From a virus (Duplodnaviria; Caudoviricetes): DNA of 64,000 nucleotides. Below, in pieces: positions 63,916 to 64,000 of this stretch (its first letter is position 1; every line of letters begins with the position of its first letter). The translations under genes and the position numbers were made by a program. Location: the IMG/VR virus record IMGVR_UViG_3300047491_000255, positions 60,819 through 124,818 of that record; one strand, given 5' to 3'. The notes under the pieces are model-generated. The model searched no databases and was not told the DNA's origin. It saw only the letters and a list, made by a program, of their open reading frames with translations.

Positions 63916-64000
63916 TGGATAAAAAGTTTTTTGTTCAAAACGTTGCATCAATCAAACAGATCGGTTAAGAACCCCTTTTCAGTCAGGTCTTCCTTGTTCT

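Overview
A 64-kb segment of a large (jumbo-type) tailed dsDNA phage genome in the standard genetic code, with essentially all genes on the minus strand. In transcription order (right to left) it holds six blocks. (1) A ~11-kb tRNA region with 13 CCA-encoding tRNAs for only seven amino acids (Leu x5, Ser x3, Phe, Val, Asn, Cys, Tyr), mixed with small ORFs, methyltransferases, a Pol-beta nucleotidyltransferase and a ThyX-like gene. (2) Signal-peptide and repeat proteins, a VWA metallopeptidase, and NusG-like and sigma/HTH-like regulators. (3) The head module: terminase, intein-containing portal, HD protein, CCA-adding enzyme, fibre-like protein, a ferritin-containing polyprotein, prohead protease, scaffold-like proteins, decoration protein and HK97-fold major capsid. 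(4) RecQ and a glycosyl/methyltransferase cluster. (5) A ~1.6-kb structured non-coding block. (6) Small ORFs joined by integron attC-like sites. The strongest unexpected signal heads the tRNA operon: a promoter, a 25-codon leader ORF, an antiterminator and a terminator. Seventeen consecutive leader codons specify only the seven amino acids whose tRNAs lie downstream, which looks like a tRNA-depletion-sensing attenuator. Other notable items are a circularly permuted tRNA-Ser mimic with a UUCG-closed acceptor stem, a 23S rRNA GTPase-centre (H43/H44) mimic with a large insertion, boxA-like motifs plus a 19-bp helix spanning 10.6 kb, a shared putative capsid-targeting peptide on enzymes such as the CCA-adding enzyme, and antisense attC cassettes. 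All functional calls come from reading motifs by eye; no database search was run.
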